This document shows positions 1 to 10,395 of a stretch of 64,000 bases of DNA, piece by piece. Positions within the stretch are counted from its first letter, which is position 1, and each line of letters begins with the position of its first letter. The DNA lies in assembly GCA_027923505.1 (NCBI GenBank), contig BROI01000009.1:496001-560000 (forward strand), written 5' to 3'. Below the pieces are notes generated by a model. It was not told the origin of the DNA and ran no database searches. It saw nothing but the letters and a program-made list of their open reading frames with translations. Source of the stretch: Mayamaea pseudoterrestris. Lineage: Eukaryota. Made by a program: the position numbers and the translations under genes.

Positions 1-240
1 CTGTTGAAGGTTGAAGAAGCCATGCTCGACTTGAAACTCATTGGCAGCAGTCGTGGCGTCTTCTTGGACGGATCTCAAGGCAGCCGACGTTTCTCGTGCC
101 GCAAATTCTTCAGCCGTTTGAAGGTCAAGGGCAAGCTGCATGTCGCGAGCCATGAGCTCGTCTGCCATAGTGACAGTGGATGAGCTTGTCTTGTTGTTGT
201 CATCATTGACATTCCGGTCGATGTTGCTGTTGGCGGACAT
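1..240 (-). CDS. 5' part of a second copy of the DDI1-like aspartyl protease gene (continues off the left edge of the window)
   Basis: Bases 1-354 are identical by eye to 6975-7328. The ATG at 240 corresponds to the ATG at 7214 (MSANSNIDRN...). Confidence 0.8.
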   Translation of the reverse strand, partial: MSANSNIDRNVNDDNNKTSSSTVTMADELMARDMQLALDLQTAEEFAARETSAALRSVQEDATTAANEFQVEHGFFNLQQ

Positions 241-354
241 GACGGAGGAGGCGATGGCAAACGAACGACGAAAGGAGTGAGTGCAAGCAAGCCAAGGCGT
301 TTCAAATGATGTCTACTGACGCCGCAAGCAGCTTTGCGTTTCCTATCGTTTGTC
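1..354. repeat. Direct repeat, copy A (truncated by window edge), of 6975-7328
   Basis: Exact match at offset 6974; the copies diverge after ...CCTATCGTTTGTC (354 / 7328). Confidence 0.97.
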
Positions 355-1525
355 ATCTTTGCTTCCATCGTCGTCTGTTGCAGTGACTGTTTATGAGAGA
401 TTTGCATGGAACTCGACCAAATGTTGTGCGCCATATGTAGCTGAGACTTGGTCGGTCGACAAGTTCCAACGTCATCGCAGTCATTCCTATGACATGGCAC
501 TGTAGATTCTAGTTGTTGTTCATGTGGGCGCAAAATTAGAAAGCTTTATGATTGACAGCAAGCGGTTTGTCGTGGCCAATGAAAGACTTCCGACTCGTCC
601 AGAACAATCAAATTTGACGTCGCCTAGGCGTGTATCGGCGCGCTTACAAAATCAAGCACAAGGATTGATGATTTTGTAGTCTTACGCCAGCCGGTGCATT
701 TGAAATGGAACGATCATTTGAGCTGACTTTGGCAGTACTTGTGACGTTGTATGATGAAGTTGATGTTGCCTCTTCGCTGCTAATAGTGACTGTCGATTAG
801 TTAGGTTGATTGTCAGCGCAGTTGAGTCAGAGACCGCTCCCGAGTACTGTTGTACCGTTGATGCTTGACGCTTCGAACGTTGTCGAATCAGGCAAGCAAG
901 ATACGCGTCAATCCATGGAACAAGGTGCTGTAAAGGTGCAATCATTACCATGAGTGGCAAGGATGAGTCCGATGCTATGGCATAATGTATAATGATTGAT
1001 TTTCATGCATATGTATCTATAAATCGTCTCATTGTACAAACTCAAGTATGCGATTGTCGAAGTTAGCTTTGTATTCGCTGTAACTCCTGGCCATGGCTCG
1101 AAAAATCCGCCGCAATGAAGTTTGGATTTGTGCTTCAGACTACTGGTAAAGGCCAAACTGAGCGAAAGCCAAACTCTGTAACGTTTTATGAATGATGCCA
1201 TGTACTCGTATTCATGCGAGATCTGTGAAAGCTTTGATAATAAAATGACGGAACCACTGCCTGCCAAGCAAAATAATGTGATCTTGCGATAAAGTAACGA
1301 TTACCAGTCAGACAATCAATACCGTAACGACATGTGTTGCTCATGAGCGACGTTCAATTTGCCCTCGCTGACGGTTTGTAGTGCACGAGAGACGCTCCGG
1401 AGTGTCACGGTCACGGCGACCATGGGATCATGAGTTTCGCATCATTATTTCAACATCAAAAATAAAACATCATCATTAATGAAGCAGTCTGCGGCCGCCT
1501 GCCAAAGCATCCATGCGTTTTAAAC

Positions 1526-2935
1526 ATGAATAGTACAACGAGTCGATATTCGACTAAAGAACGTAGTCGGAGGATTGGTGTCTGTCTCGTAAAGCATTTG
1601 CTGCTTTTGCTGCTCGCACTTTCCTTCGCTTCTCCTCGCACCTCCGCTGCCGACGATGCTGCTGCACGGAAACCGACGCGCAAGAAGGAGTCCGACGCTG
1701 CGCTCTTTCAAGTTTCGGATCAAGTCAGAGTCATTGGCCCCACTCAATTTCCATCGCCAACTCGAACGCTCGACTTGCGCTACAATCAAACCATTTCCAT
1801 CCTTGTGAGACCCTCCTACGGAAAGCATCGACCGGAAGCGGACGCTATTTTGGCTTATGCGGAAGGATACCAAGTCGCCTACTATATCATGTTTATGGAA
1901 ACTTTACAAGGGACTGGTTACAAGGGAGATGTCGTATTGGCGATTGCAAATGATTCCTACCTTCATGATGGCGTCAAGGAATACTTGCTAAAGTTCGTCA
2001 TGAATCGCGACGACCACATACAACAGCACGAAGACTCCAAGCAGACTGGTACTCAATTAAATGTTATCATTTATCAATTGGATCTGGATTGTGATGGCAC
2101 GCCAGACGGTAAGCGGGCTGTCATGGATAGAAGCAAGGCGACGGATGTTTTTCAAATGTGTAGACTCGATCACATTTACGGGTACAACGACAAGGAGACT
2201 GGCGAAATGCTTCCACTAAAGGATCCACGCGAAGGTAGAGTAGTCGCAACGCTCCGATACGAATGGTACTGGATTTGGACGCGCCAATACTTTTCGCATT
2301 CGTGGCTCATGTTGATTGACGCCCGCGACACCTTTTTTCAGTCGAATCCCTTTGCAAATCTTCCAAGACGGTCAACTGCCAACTCGACTGCAGACGTTAT
2401 CGACGGACTGTTGTACTTTTTCGGTGAAAATGCCGACGCGACCCGCCTTGGTAAGTCACGCAAGAACGCCAATTGGTTGCGAAACGGCTATGGCGCAGGT
2501 TTACTTGATGCACTAGCAGAAAAGCCAACCATTTGCTCCGGTTCGTCAATGGGCGAACAAGTGGCTCTGGAAACGTACTTACGAGCACTCATTAATGAAC
2601 ATGACGAAGGTAGTGTGCGCATGACCGGCTCCGACCAAGGATTTCACAACTACTTGTACTACTCGGGCAAGCTACTGAATGCTGCAACCATTTCCAAATT
2701 GATCGTTTGGGAGCAAGGACGCGGCTTGATCAACAACCTTGGCGCGCTCCGAACAAATACCTTGACAAATTGGGGAGTCCGCGATCCAGACACTGATGTC
2801 GTTTATCAGTGGGACGGCGAAACTCCATCGCCCGTCGTGCACCAGTGGGATCGCGACAAGGATCTGCACAACTACATGCTAGCCAAGCACCGCACATGGA
2901 CGAAAGAGTGGGAGACAAAGCAGCTGCATCAATAG
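1526..2935 (+). CDS. Type II membrane putative glycosyltransferase-like protein, 469 aa
   Basis: Long uninterrupted ORF. Basic N-terminus followed by a hydrophobic anchor (VCLVKHLLLLLLALSFA). Motifs LIDARDTFFQSNPF (DxxD-like), SDQGFHNYLYY and PVVHQWDR resemble GT-A-fold transferases. Confidence 0.75.
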   Translation: MNSTTSRYSTKERSRRIGVCLVKHLLLLLLALSFASPRTSAADDAAARKPTRKKESDAALFQVSDQVRVIGPTQFPSPTRTLDLRYNQTISILVRPSYGKHRPEADAILAYAEGYQVAYYIMFMETLQGTGYKGDVVLAIANDSYLHDGVKEYLLKFVMNRDDHIQQHEDSKQTGTQLNVIIYQLDLDCDGTPDGKRAVMDRSKATDVFQMCRLDHIYGYNDKETGEMLPLKDPREGRVVATLRYEWYWIWTRQYFSHSWLMLIDARDTFFQSNPFANLPRRSTANSTADVIDGLLYFFGENADATRLGKSRKNANWLRNGYGAGLLDALAEKPTICSGSSMGEQVALETYLRALINEHDEGSVRMTGSDQGFHNYLYYSGKLLNAATISKLIVWEQGRGLINNLGALRTNTLTNWGVRDPDTDVVYQWDGETPSPVVHQWDRDKDLHNYMLAKHRTWTKEWETKQLHQ

Positions 2936-3804
2936 CTTTGCGAACTAGGCGCAGGCAAGTTGAGGAGGCGGTGCAGTAATGCGGAATATAATAGGCTTGA
3001 GCAGTCGACTTGGGAATTTCTCGTGGCCATACACAAGAATCGAAAAACAAGTTTATGGTACGTATTAAACATGGATCCTGCTTTTTGTCAGCCTGTATTC
3101 ACCAGCGACGATGTCGATGAATGCCAAATAGCACTGGGTTCTTAGCATCTAAATTCTGCTGATAGGACGCGCTTGCTCGTTGTCTTGAAACTGTCAAAGG
3201 AGACGTCGTCGATGGTTTTTAATTGTTTCACGAGGGTGATATAAATGATTGGATCTATCTGACAAATATTCCTTTAGCCTTTTCAGGCCCGACCTTTTTT
3301 TGTGTTCCGCCGATGCTTGTCGGCCGCATAGACATCCTGCGGCTGGCAAGCATTTTTGGAAAGCTGTACCAGCAGAAAAAGTGCCGACAAGCTTTACGAT
3401 CATGCTGATGACGATGATGATGATGCTGTCCATGTTGATGGACAATCGGTGGTTTCACTCCTCGGTTGAATTATTCCGCGTCCAATCGTTTACGTCGCTT
3501 CCGGTTGACACCAAAGGCCGAACGTTGCACAAGACAAGTAGAAATGCGGCCAATTTGCATGTTCATGATGACGTTCTGCGGGGTAAAAATGCACCGGCAC
3601 CGACACCGACACAGTCGGCACGGCCGCGCATCACATCTACGTCCTAGATCCATTACAATAATGCTTTAACACACCAGGCATCATAACTGTTTTTACGCCT
3701 TGTTCTCTTAGCTACAATTAAGGCTCCGTCCCAGATCCAACCGACGCAACGTTCCACATAGGCACCACAGCTCCTCGTCACTCTCAACTATTCATCATTC
3801 TGAT

Positions 3805-4738
3805 TTATACAATCTCCGGCGCATGCTTTGGCAAGCCAGTTTCGCTGCAGCACAAACTTGGATATGTATCATAGTCCGTGGTGTGTCGCATCAATTGCGT
3901 TGCTACCAAGCAGGGACACCAGCAACTGCAGCAGCAGTCTTCCGTTTCCGAACCAGGAATGGCATACTTGCGCCGAACGTATCCTCGCAAATTAAACAAG
4001 ACAATCGTCAAAGCTATCATGTATAGATAGTGCCAGATGCTTCGAATATAAAAGATTGCCATGTAGGCATTTGTCGGCACTTGCGCATTTGGGGCCAACG
4101 CCAACAAGACAAGATACAAGCCAATGTAAATGGTCAAGTAAACGACAAGCGCCATGAAAATGACCTTGAAGGCAATCTCCGTCTGGCCGACGGATCCCGG
4201 CTTGCCCCAGGCCGTCAACTTCAAACGACGAATGACCTGTCCAGCAGCCACTGCAAGGAATCGAGAGTGTGAATGGGTGAGAGTCGTTTAAAATGATGGA
4301 TGATTCATACGAGCAAATCAATACTTTCAATCCATCGACTACAATGTCATACTCACAAAGTCCGCAACAAAGACCTGTCCACAAGTGAGGATGACAAGGC
4401 CCATGGGAAAAGCAACCAAACAAGGAGTCGCGCCAATGTCCCACTGGAATAGCAATGGTTGCCGCCGACGCCACCATGCGCGACGGCAATGGCACTTCAA
4501 ACTTTTGTCCAATTTCCACTCCACCAGGAGGAACCGTGACCATGTATCGAGCGTTTCCAACAATGGTTTCAAACTCGTACCCTTCTGGAAGTGTCGCGGG
4601 CGCAATGACCGACAGGAGTGGCGTGTGACTCGACTGGAGTGTAGGAGCGTCTCGAGAGGGTCCGACAAGATTCATTGACAAGTCGTCCGACTCCAAATCA
4701 AAGTCAGAGTTAGGGAGATGCGAGTAAGCCGATGACAT
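3805..4738 (-). CDS. PLAC8/cornifelin-like Cys-rich membrane protein; 2 exons (4738-4357, 4250-3805), ~275 aa
   Basis: Motifs GHWRDSLFGCF, GLCCGL/LAAGQV, LRGYVRRKYAIPG and EDCCCSCWCPCLVATQLMRH. A GTGAGT...TTGCAG intron (4356-4251) joins the two ORFs in frame. Confidence 0.88.
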
Positions 4739-5104
4739 GATCGACTACTCGATAAAAAGAGTAAAGAAGCGTCTCTGTACTAGTACTATCAGCGAATGAA
4801 TTCGTGCCTCGAACGGATGAGAGATCAAGGCGGAATGTATCTTAGTGGATGTGGAGCTATGATCGCGCCCAATGCTTTGCCGCTATTATTTGCTTGCAAG
4901 TAAGAAATCAAGTATCAAGCTGTCGTCTATTCGAATACTGTAGCAAGTCCGATCACGATGAGTCGGAAGCTGGAGGAGCAATCGCGACAATGGTCATTCA
5001 CATCCACATGCCGCTAACGCACACCAGCAAGCATCGTGAACCACTCACTCTTCTCATTGTCCTATAGTAAAGTTGAGAATTCAAAATGTTACGTCACAAG
5101 AAGA

Positions 5105-5223
5105 TAGTACGAAACAGGCGCCAGTGAAAACTGCGTCATTAGGCAATAGTACAAAACGAATGATGATCGAAAAATGTCAAGAAGGCAATAGTATGAAACA
5201 AGCGTCAGTGAAAACTGCGACAT
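5105..5223. repeat. Two 35-bp imperfect direct repeats 84 bp apart (5105-5139, 5189-5223)
   Basis: TAGTACGAAACAGGCGCCAGTGAAAACTGCGTCAT vs TAGTATGAAACAAGCGTCAGTGAAAACTGCGACAT (31/35 identical). Confidence 0.85.
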
Positions 5224-6449
5224 GACGAATGCGGATGTCTTACTGGTACAGACCATGAAAGGTCGTGAGTCGTGACTTGGACGAAAGAATGTCACTTGAC
5301 GAAGCAGTGCTGTATGTAGCAGCTCTGTGACGCTGGCAGGGCTGCCAAGGAGCAATGGCTTCGAACGAGTCGCCTGCAACCAGCTCATATATTATGTCGA
5401 TCACTCTGTGTTCTGTTTTACTGGCTGCTAATAGAAAGAGGAGCACCAGTTTGTCAACGCCGTCCAGTGAAATTGCGTGGCAGCCATCGGCCATCATTCA
5501 TGGACTTGTAGACAGACGACGCACCATCATCTGACGTAGTCGACTTCGACCAAACAAGCCAGGCAAATGATTGATTGGCGCGTTGACAAGACGTTGGCGG
5601 TTAAGTAGACAAAGACGGAAGACGTCTCCTTCCTTGATTATTGCGCGACACGCGCACTCAGCTGATGGTCATGTTTCGCGATGGACCACCAGTCCACCAG
5701 TATGGAATCTGTTACGTACATTACGGAAGTAGAGGCACGAACTCACCTTCTTGGACAACTCGCTCGTCGAAGTGATCGTAAAAGAGGGGTGAATGCGTGT
5801 GTCGCAGACTGACGCGCCTTTGGGTGCAAAATATCAAAGCAATCGCTCCCTTTGCAAACCTTGTTCCGCGAAAAATTTTCAACCATGACGTTGACGCGCC
5901 TGAGCGTTCATTGTCAAGACTCTAGATGCAAGTTGAAGGTATTGGCTACCAAATTGTCGAGATACACTCACGCGATGAGGAGAAAAGGGTCGAAGAATGG
6001 CATGAGCCTGCATTCTCAGCACGATTCCGAGCAAGAGGAGCCGCAGCGCGATCTCAGCTTTATGGTGACTACGATAACATATATATCTCAAACAGCCTTT
6101 CATATGTTACCAATCTTATGGAACCTCGGGTCAGATGTCATTGACGCACTAGCTAACTCGCGATGATGTCAAATACTTGTACTTGGCCGACATCTTCATC
6201 TTTGCGATCGATAAACTAGTAGCAATACATCGCATACATATATATTATGATGATATAAAGCACTTTATTACCTCGTCACCTTGGTGGAGTTATTAATTGT
6301 CTACCGGTAGGCTGTTTACTCGTACAGTTAATATCGGCAAAGCTTGCTTGGTTGTCGTCCAGTCTGTAGACACTAAACCGGCCATCGAGGATCAAGCAAA
6401 CGAAAACGTATCCGCGACTTTATCACACTACCGGTAGGTGCAATACAAG

Positions 6450-7214
6450 CTAACCCCTTCCAGGACGGTGTCTTCGAAAGATTGATGGAATCCGGCTCGA
6501 GATGGACCTTGTCGCTTCTGTAGTTGGTGCTAGTCGACGGGCAGTGGCATCACGAATCATTCGCTCGCAGTCTTTACGAGCCTTGCGAGCATCCCGAACG
6601 TTTAAAAACGGTACCTTGACTCCATCCTTTCCTCCAAAGCACAAGCAGTCACTCTCCATGTCGATGACACATTGAAACCGTCTCATTTGATCCAATCCGA
6701 GCACAACCGATGGCAGCTCCGAGTCCAGCACCAAAAAGTATAGTCTAAACTCGACATGCCCAACGAGACAAATCAGATTCTCCACGACTCCCACAATATT
6801 AGCACTTCCAACGCCTCCGCAGGCACCGGAAACACTAGCATTGAGCTTGTCCATCAACCCAAGCTTTCGCAGGACAACAAGACTCATGGCTGACATTGAC
6901 GCACCCGAGTCAACCAGTAGATTCACCTTGCGATCATCAAGTGTGCAGTTGACAAATAACATGTGATCATCTTGCTGTTGAAGGTTGAAGAAGCCATGCT
7001 CGACTTGAAACTCATTGGCAGCAGTCGTGGCGTCTTCTTGGACGGATCTCAAGGCAGCCGACGTTTCTCGTGCCGCAAATTCTTCAGCCGTTTGAAGGTC
7101 AAGGGCAAGCTGCATGTCGCGAGCCATGAGCTCGTCTGCCATAGTGACAGTGGATGAGCTTGTCTTGTTGTTGTCATCATTGACATTCCGGTCGATGTTG
7201 CTGTTGGCGGACAT
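6450..7214 (-). CDS. DDI1-like retropepsin (retroviral-type aspartyl protease domain) protein, 254 aa
   Basis: Catalytic LLVDSGASMSAMS, flap-like GGVGSANIVG and LGLDQMRRFQCVIDM are typical of the DDI1 RVP domain. The N-terminus has a UIM-like segment (DELMARDMQLALDLQTAEE). No UBL or UBA domain is evident. Confidence 0.88.
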   Translation of the reverse strand: MSANSNIDRNVNDDNNKTSSSTVTMADELMARDMQLALDLQTAEEFAARETSAALRSVQEDATTAANEFQVEHGFFNLQQQDDHMLFVNCTLDDRKVNLLVDSGASMSAMSLVVLRKLGLMDKLNASVSGACGGVGSANIVGVVENLICLVGHVEFRLYFLVLDSELPSVVLGLDQMRRFQCVIDMESDCLCFGGKDGVKVPFLNVRDARKARKDCERMIRDATARRLAPTTEATRSISSRIPSIFRRHRPGRG

Positions 7215-7328
7215 GACGGAGGAGGCGATGGCAAACGAACGACGAAAGGAGTGAGTGCAAGCAAGCCAAGGCGTTTCAAATGATGTCTACTGACGCCGCA
7301 AGCAGCTTTGCGTTTCCTATCGTTTGTC
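6975..7328. repeat. Direct repeat, copy B, of 1-354
   Basis: Exact match to 1-354. Confidence 0.97.
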
Positions 7329-7706
7329 GGGCGAATGTTTATAAAGCAGTCAGCAATATGTATATCGCCACGAGGCAGTCTGCGTTGGTGTTTGAAGGAA
7401 AGGTCATCATCACGTTGCCCATGGTCATTTTCCAATCCGATTATTCATCAGCCCCATACGACATCCAAATTCAGTGCCGCTTTAATCATCATTGGATCAA
7501 TGACGTCATCCAATTGCTGTGCGACATAAAGAGAGGTTTGCCTCGTTACCGCGTTACTACGACTTGAATTTGCCGCCGCCGATGCCGATCGTCTCACAGT
7601 TGCTTAGCCGAGTACATTGCCAATTCACTACAAAGGACCTTTAGACAGCTTCATTGTTTGTTTATGATAAGGTTGATTTGAGTCTGAGTTCTTCGGGCTT
7701 GGAGTT

Positions 7707-7780
7707 GGGGACAGTCCATGGGGGAGCAGTCCACTGGGGAACAGTCCATCGGGGAATAGTCCATTGGGTATAGTCCAGTC
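7707..7780. repeat. Degenerate 15-bp tandem repeat, 5 copies (core GGGNRNAGTCCA)
   Basis: AGTCCA at 7713, 7728, 7743, 7758 and 7772. The minus strand reads ...QWTIPRWTVPQWTAPPWTVP. Confidence 0.9.
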
Positions 7781-8916
7781 GCAACGTCACAACTTTTATG
7801 TGTCGATTGCTGGTGCACACTTGTTCGAATGATTCTGGTGGTTGGGTCTGCTTGCTAGGATTAATCCTTTCCAGCTTTCTTAGATCATTAGTCTGAATGG
7901 AGTCTACTTTGGCCTCGGCTGGACGATTCACCTATTCGAGCAAGCACTTATAAATTTGGCGGCTCTGATCATGGATCGAGCGGCACTGGGTGTAACAGTG
8001 AATGTTGTCAGGTGTCACACAGCTGGGAGGCGTCCGGACGGTTTTGCGTGCAGTTACATAATAGCTACGAAAGTGGCTCCCAGACCTGGCGCCTCCATCT
8101 CAAGGCTTTGATACTAGCGCTTATGATTAACAATCGTGAGTCCCTTTATGGCACATCTCGCTGAACCCACGTTTTCCCTGGCGAAGATAGACCACCTTGA
8201 CGTGGTGCTGGGGCTTTCCCACTAAGAGTCTATCATAAAACAATTCTTGGACATGGAACTTTTGCTGATTATCGACATCGACCGACCTGCTGCCTGGCAT
8301 GGCAACCACTAAATGCCCGTGGCAGAGTGGCGCAAGGCAGTGGAGTGGGACTCAAGTTGGTGGCACTCGAGCTTGTGGTGGCGAGTGGCAAGACAGTAGG
8401 CACACTATGAAAGTACTTTACTGAATTGTGACTATTACAGTTTTCGTTTACATTTGTAACTTTTTGTGCTTACAAAATTGCTTTCGCTTCCTTGGTCAAT
8501 CGTGCTGCCCGTGAGTTGTACGAGCAGTGCAAAGCGATGCGCTTGATGATACAACTGCTCCTGCAAATGGTTGCAATGCAATCAATGTACTCGAGCAGTT
8601 TTCGTTGCCTTGCTGCCATTGGAGATGAGGATGAAACCACTTTCTAGTGCAGCGCGCTGCAAATCACGTAGCAATAGATCCCAGCTTTCTTGGTGTAGCG
8701 AAGTTGTATCATTTGCAACTTGCTTTAATCGATGGACTGCTCTACCATCTACCTACCTAGTCAAAAGCTTGCTACAAGTAAAAAGCAACTTGTAAGCTAA
8801 ATTAATTACTCTTGGTGCTTTTTCTCGGTATAAGAAACATATATATCATTATCTCCATCTCGTCCTTCATTCGTCGCTCGACACGACATACTCTTGTGCT
8901 CTCGCTTTCCATGAAC

Positions 8917-9055
8917 TTAAAAGTTCAAGCAGTGCTTGGGACCGACATTCTTGTCTTCCATGCTCTGCATGCATTCTTCGAATACATCCTCCTCTTCATT
9001 GTCTAGCTTTTGCATGCATTCTTCGAATACATCCTCCTCTTCATCGTCCAGCTTC
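8917..9055 (-). pseudogene. Displaced original C-terminal coding segment of the 12412-9952 gene
   Basis: Reads (Q)KLDDEEEDVFEECMQKLDNEEEDVFEECMQSMEDKNVGPKHCLNF*. It joins in frame to ...QKLDATTQKLDRYLIEG when one TGTCCCT copy and 9063-10153 are removed, and it continues the QKLD repeat. Confidence 0.82.
8966..9055. repeat. 45-bp tandem duplication (15-aa unit QKLDxEEEDVFEECM on the minus strand)
   Basis: TGCATGCATTCTTCGAATACATCCTCCTCTTCATYGTCYAGCTTY occurs twice. Two of the three differences are synonymous on the minus strand (CAA/CAG, CTA/CTG). Confidence 0.93.
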
Positions 9056-10395
9056 TGTCCCTTTTTCAAGCGCCGTCACTTTCTGCTATCAATACAGCCA
9101 AGATTGCTTTCAATGCAGCCATGGAGGAACTCCACCATCTCGACAAGTCATTCATGAGCAAGATCAATGATATTCTAGCTGGAGCAAAAGGCAGTGATGT
9201 CGCCTCGATTGGCAAGCATTTATACGCCTGTTATCCTTCCTTTGCCAAGCTGGACATGCAGAAACTGATTCCACTGGCACTCAAGCCAATTACGCAGGAA
9301 AAGATCAATTGGTTGGCACGAAACGATCTTCCTTTCAAGGATTGTATTGATAATTTGATCAAGGAGCATGTTGCGGAGTTGGCGGCGCAAGCCGCTCGAC
9401 TCAACGCCAATGACACAACTTTGCAGCAGCATGATGGGCGCTTGACCAGTCTTGAAGGTTGCCATGACGCTACTGAGAACCGCATCGATATGCACGATGG
9501 ACACTTGAAGCAGCTCAACAAATCCAACAAGATTCAGGCGAACGTGAATGAGCTCATTCATTTTCGTATCGAACAAAACGAAGACACTTTAAAGGCTCAT
9601 GACGTACGCCTGGGAGCCACGGAAGCCAACGTCCAGGAGCTTCGCAAAGACTTGGGGGCGCATGGATTTCGTCAATATGGCACGGAACTCAAAGTCCAGC
9701 AGATGGGCGGAGACTTGGCAGCGCATGGAGCACGTCATGATGCCACGGAAGCACGTCAGGATGTCTTGGAAGGCAAGGTCCAGCAGATGGGTGGAGACTT
9801 GGTGGCGCATGGGGCACGTCATGATGCCACGGAAGCACGTCAGGATGTCTTGGAAGGCAAGGTCCAGCAGATGGGCGGAGACTTGGAGGCGCATGGAGCA
9901 CGTCAGGGTGTCTTGGAAGGCAAGGTCCAGCAGATGGGCGGAGACTTGGTGTCACATGGAGCACGTCAGGAAGTCTTGGAAGGCACGGTCCAGCACATGA
10001 TCCAGCAGGACAAGAATGCGCGCTACAACTACCATCTTACGCTCCACGACACGCAAATCACGGCTCAGCAGGCAGTCAATGCCAACCAGCAGGAAGTCAA
10101 CGCCGCCACTGCGCAGAAGCTTGATGCCACTACGCAGAAGCTTGATCGATACTTGTCCCTCGATCAAGTATCGATCAAGCTTCTGCGTAGTGGCATCAAG
10201 CTTCTGCGCAGTGGCGGCGTTGACTTCCTGCTGGTTGGCGTTGACTGCCTGCTGAGCCGTGATTTGCGTGTCATGGAGCGTAAGATGGTAGTCGTAGCGC
10301 GCATTCTTGTCCTGCTGGATCATCGTGTTCGCCATGTCCTGCTGAATCATGTGCTGGACCGTGCCTTCCAAGACTTCCTGACGTGCTCCATGTGA
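9010..10395 (+). CDS. Mirror ORF created by the inverted duplication (near-copy of the C-terminal half of the minus-strand gene); translation doubtful
   Basis: 461-codon ORF that starts at TTG; the first in-frame ATG is at 9121. It reads through the loop into antisense sequence. Confidence 0.25.
   Translation: MHAFFEYILLFIVQLLSLFQAPSLSAINTAKIAFNAAMEELHHLDKSFMSKINDILAGAKGSDVASIGKHLYACYPSFAKLDMQKLIPLALKPITQEKINWLARNDLPFKDCIDNLIKEHVAELAAQAARLNANDTTLQQHDGRLTSLEGCHDATENRIDMHDGHLKQLNKSNKIQANVNELIHFRIEQNEDTLKAHDVRLGATEANVQELRKDLGAHGFRQYGTELKVQQMGGDLAAHGARHDATEARQDVLEGKVQQMGGDLVAHGARHDATEARQDVLEGKVQQMGGDLEAHGARQGVLEGKVQQMGGDLVSHGARQEVLEGTVQHMIQQDKNARYNYHLTLHDTQITAQQAVNANQQEVNAATAQKLDATTQKLDRYLSLDQVSIKLLRSGIKLLRSGGVDFLLVGVDCLLSRDLRVMERKMVVVARILVLLDHRVRHVLLNHVLDRAFQDFLTCSM

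Noticed and set aside
355..1500. Short ORFs upstream of the first DDI1-like copy (also 3000-3750, 39300-40350, 48400-50100 and 57000-57900)
   Set aside because: Mostly non-ATG starts, no motifs and no coherent exon structure; treated as intergenic.
5240..5497. Minus-strand ORF resembling the C-terminus of diatom ankyrin-like proteins (LFLLAAS...IDIIYELV)
   Set aside because: Too short and isolated; at most a relic.
6450..7214. Retrotransposon protease (LTR element)
   Set aside because: The motifs are DDI1-like, and there is no adjacent gag, RT, RNase H or integrase. The 354-bp direct repeats include coding sequence and lack TG...CA LTR ends.
8648..8661. TGCAGCGCGCTGCA palindrome next to CTAG as a Helitron 3' end
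   Set aside because: The hairpin-to-CTAG spacing and the flanking base do not fit, and there is no Rep/helicase gene.
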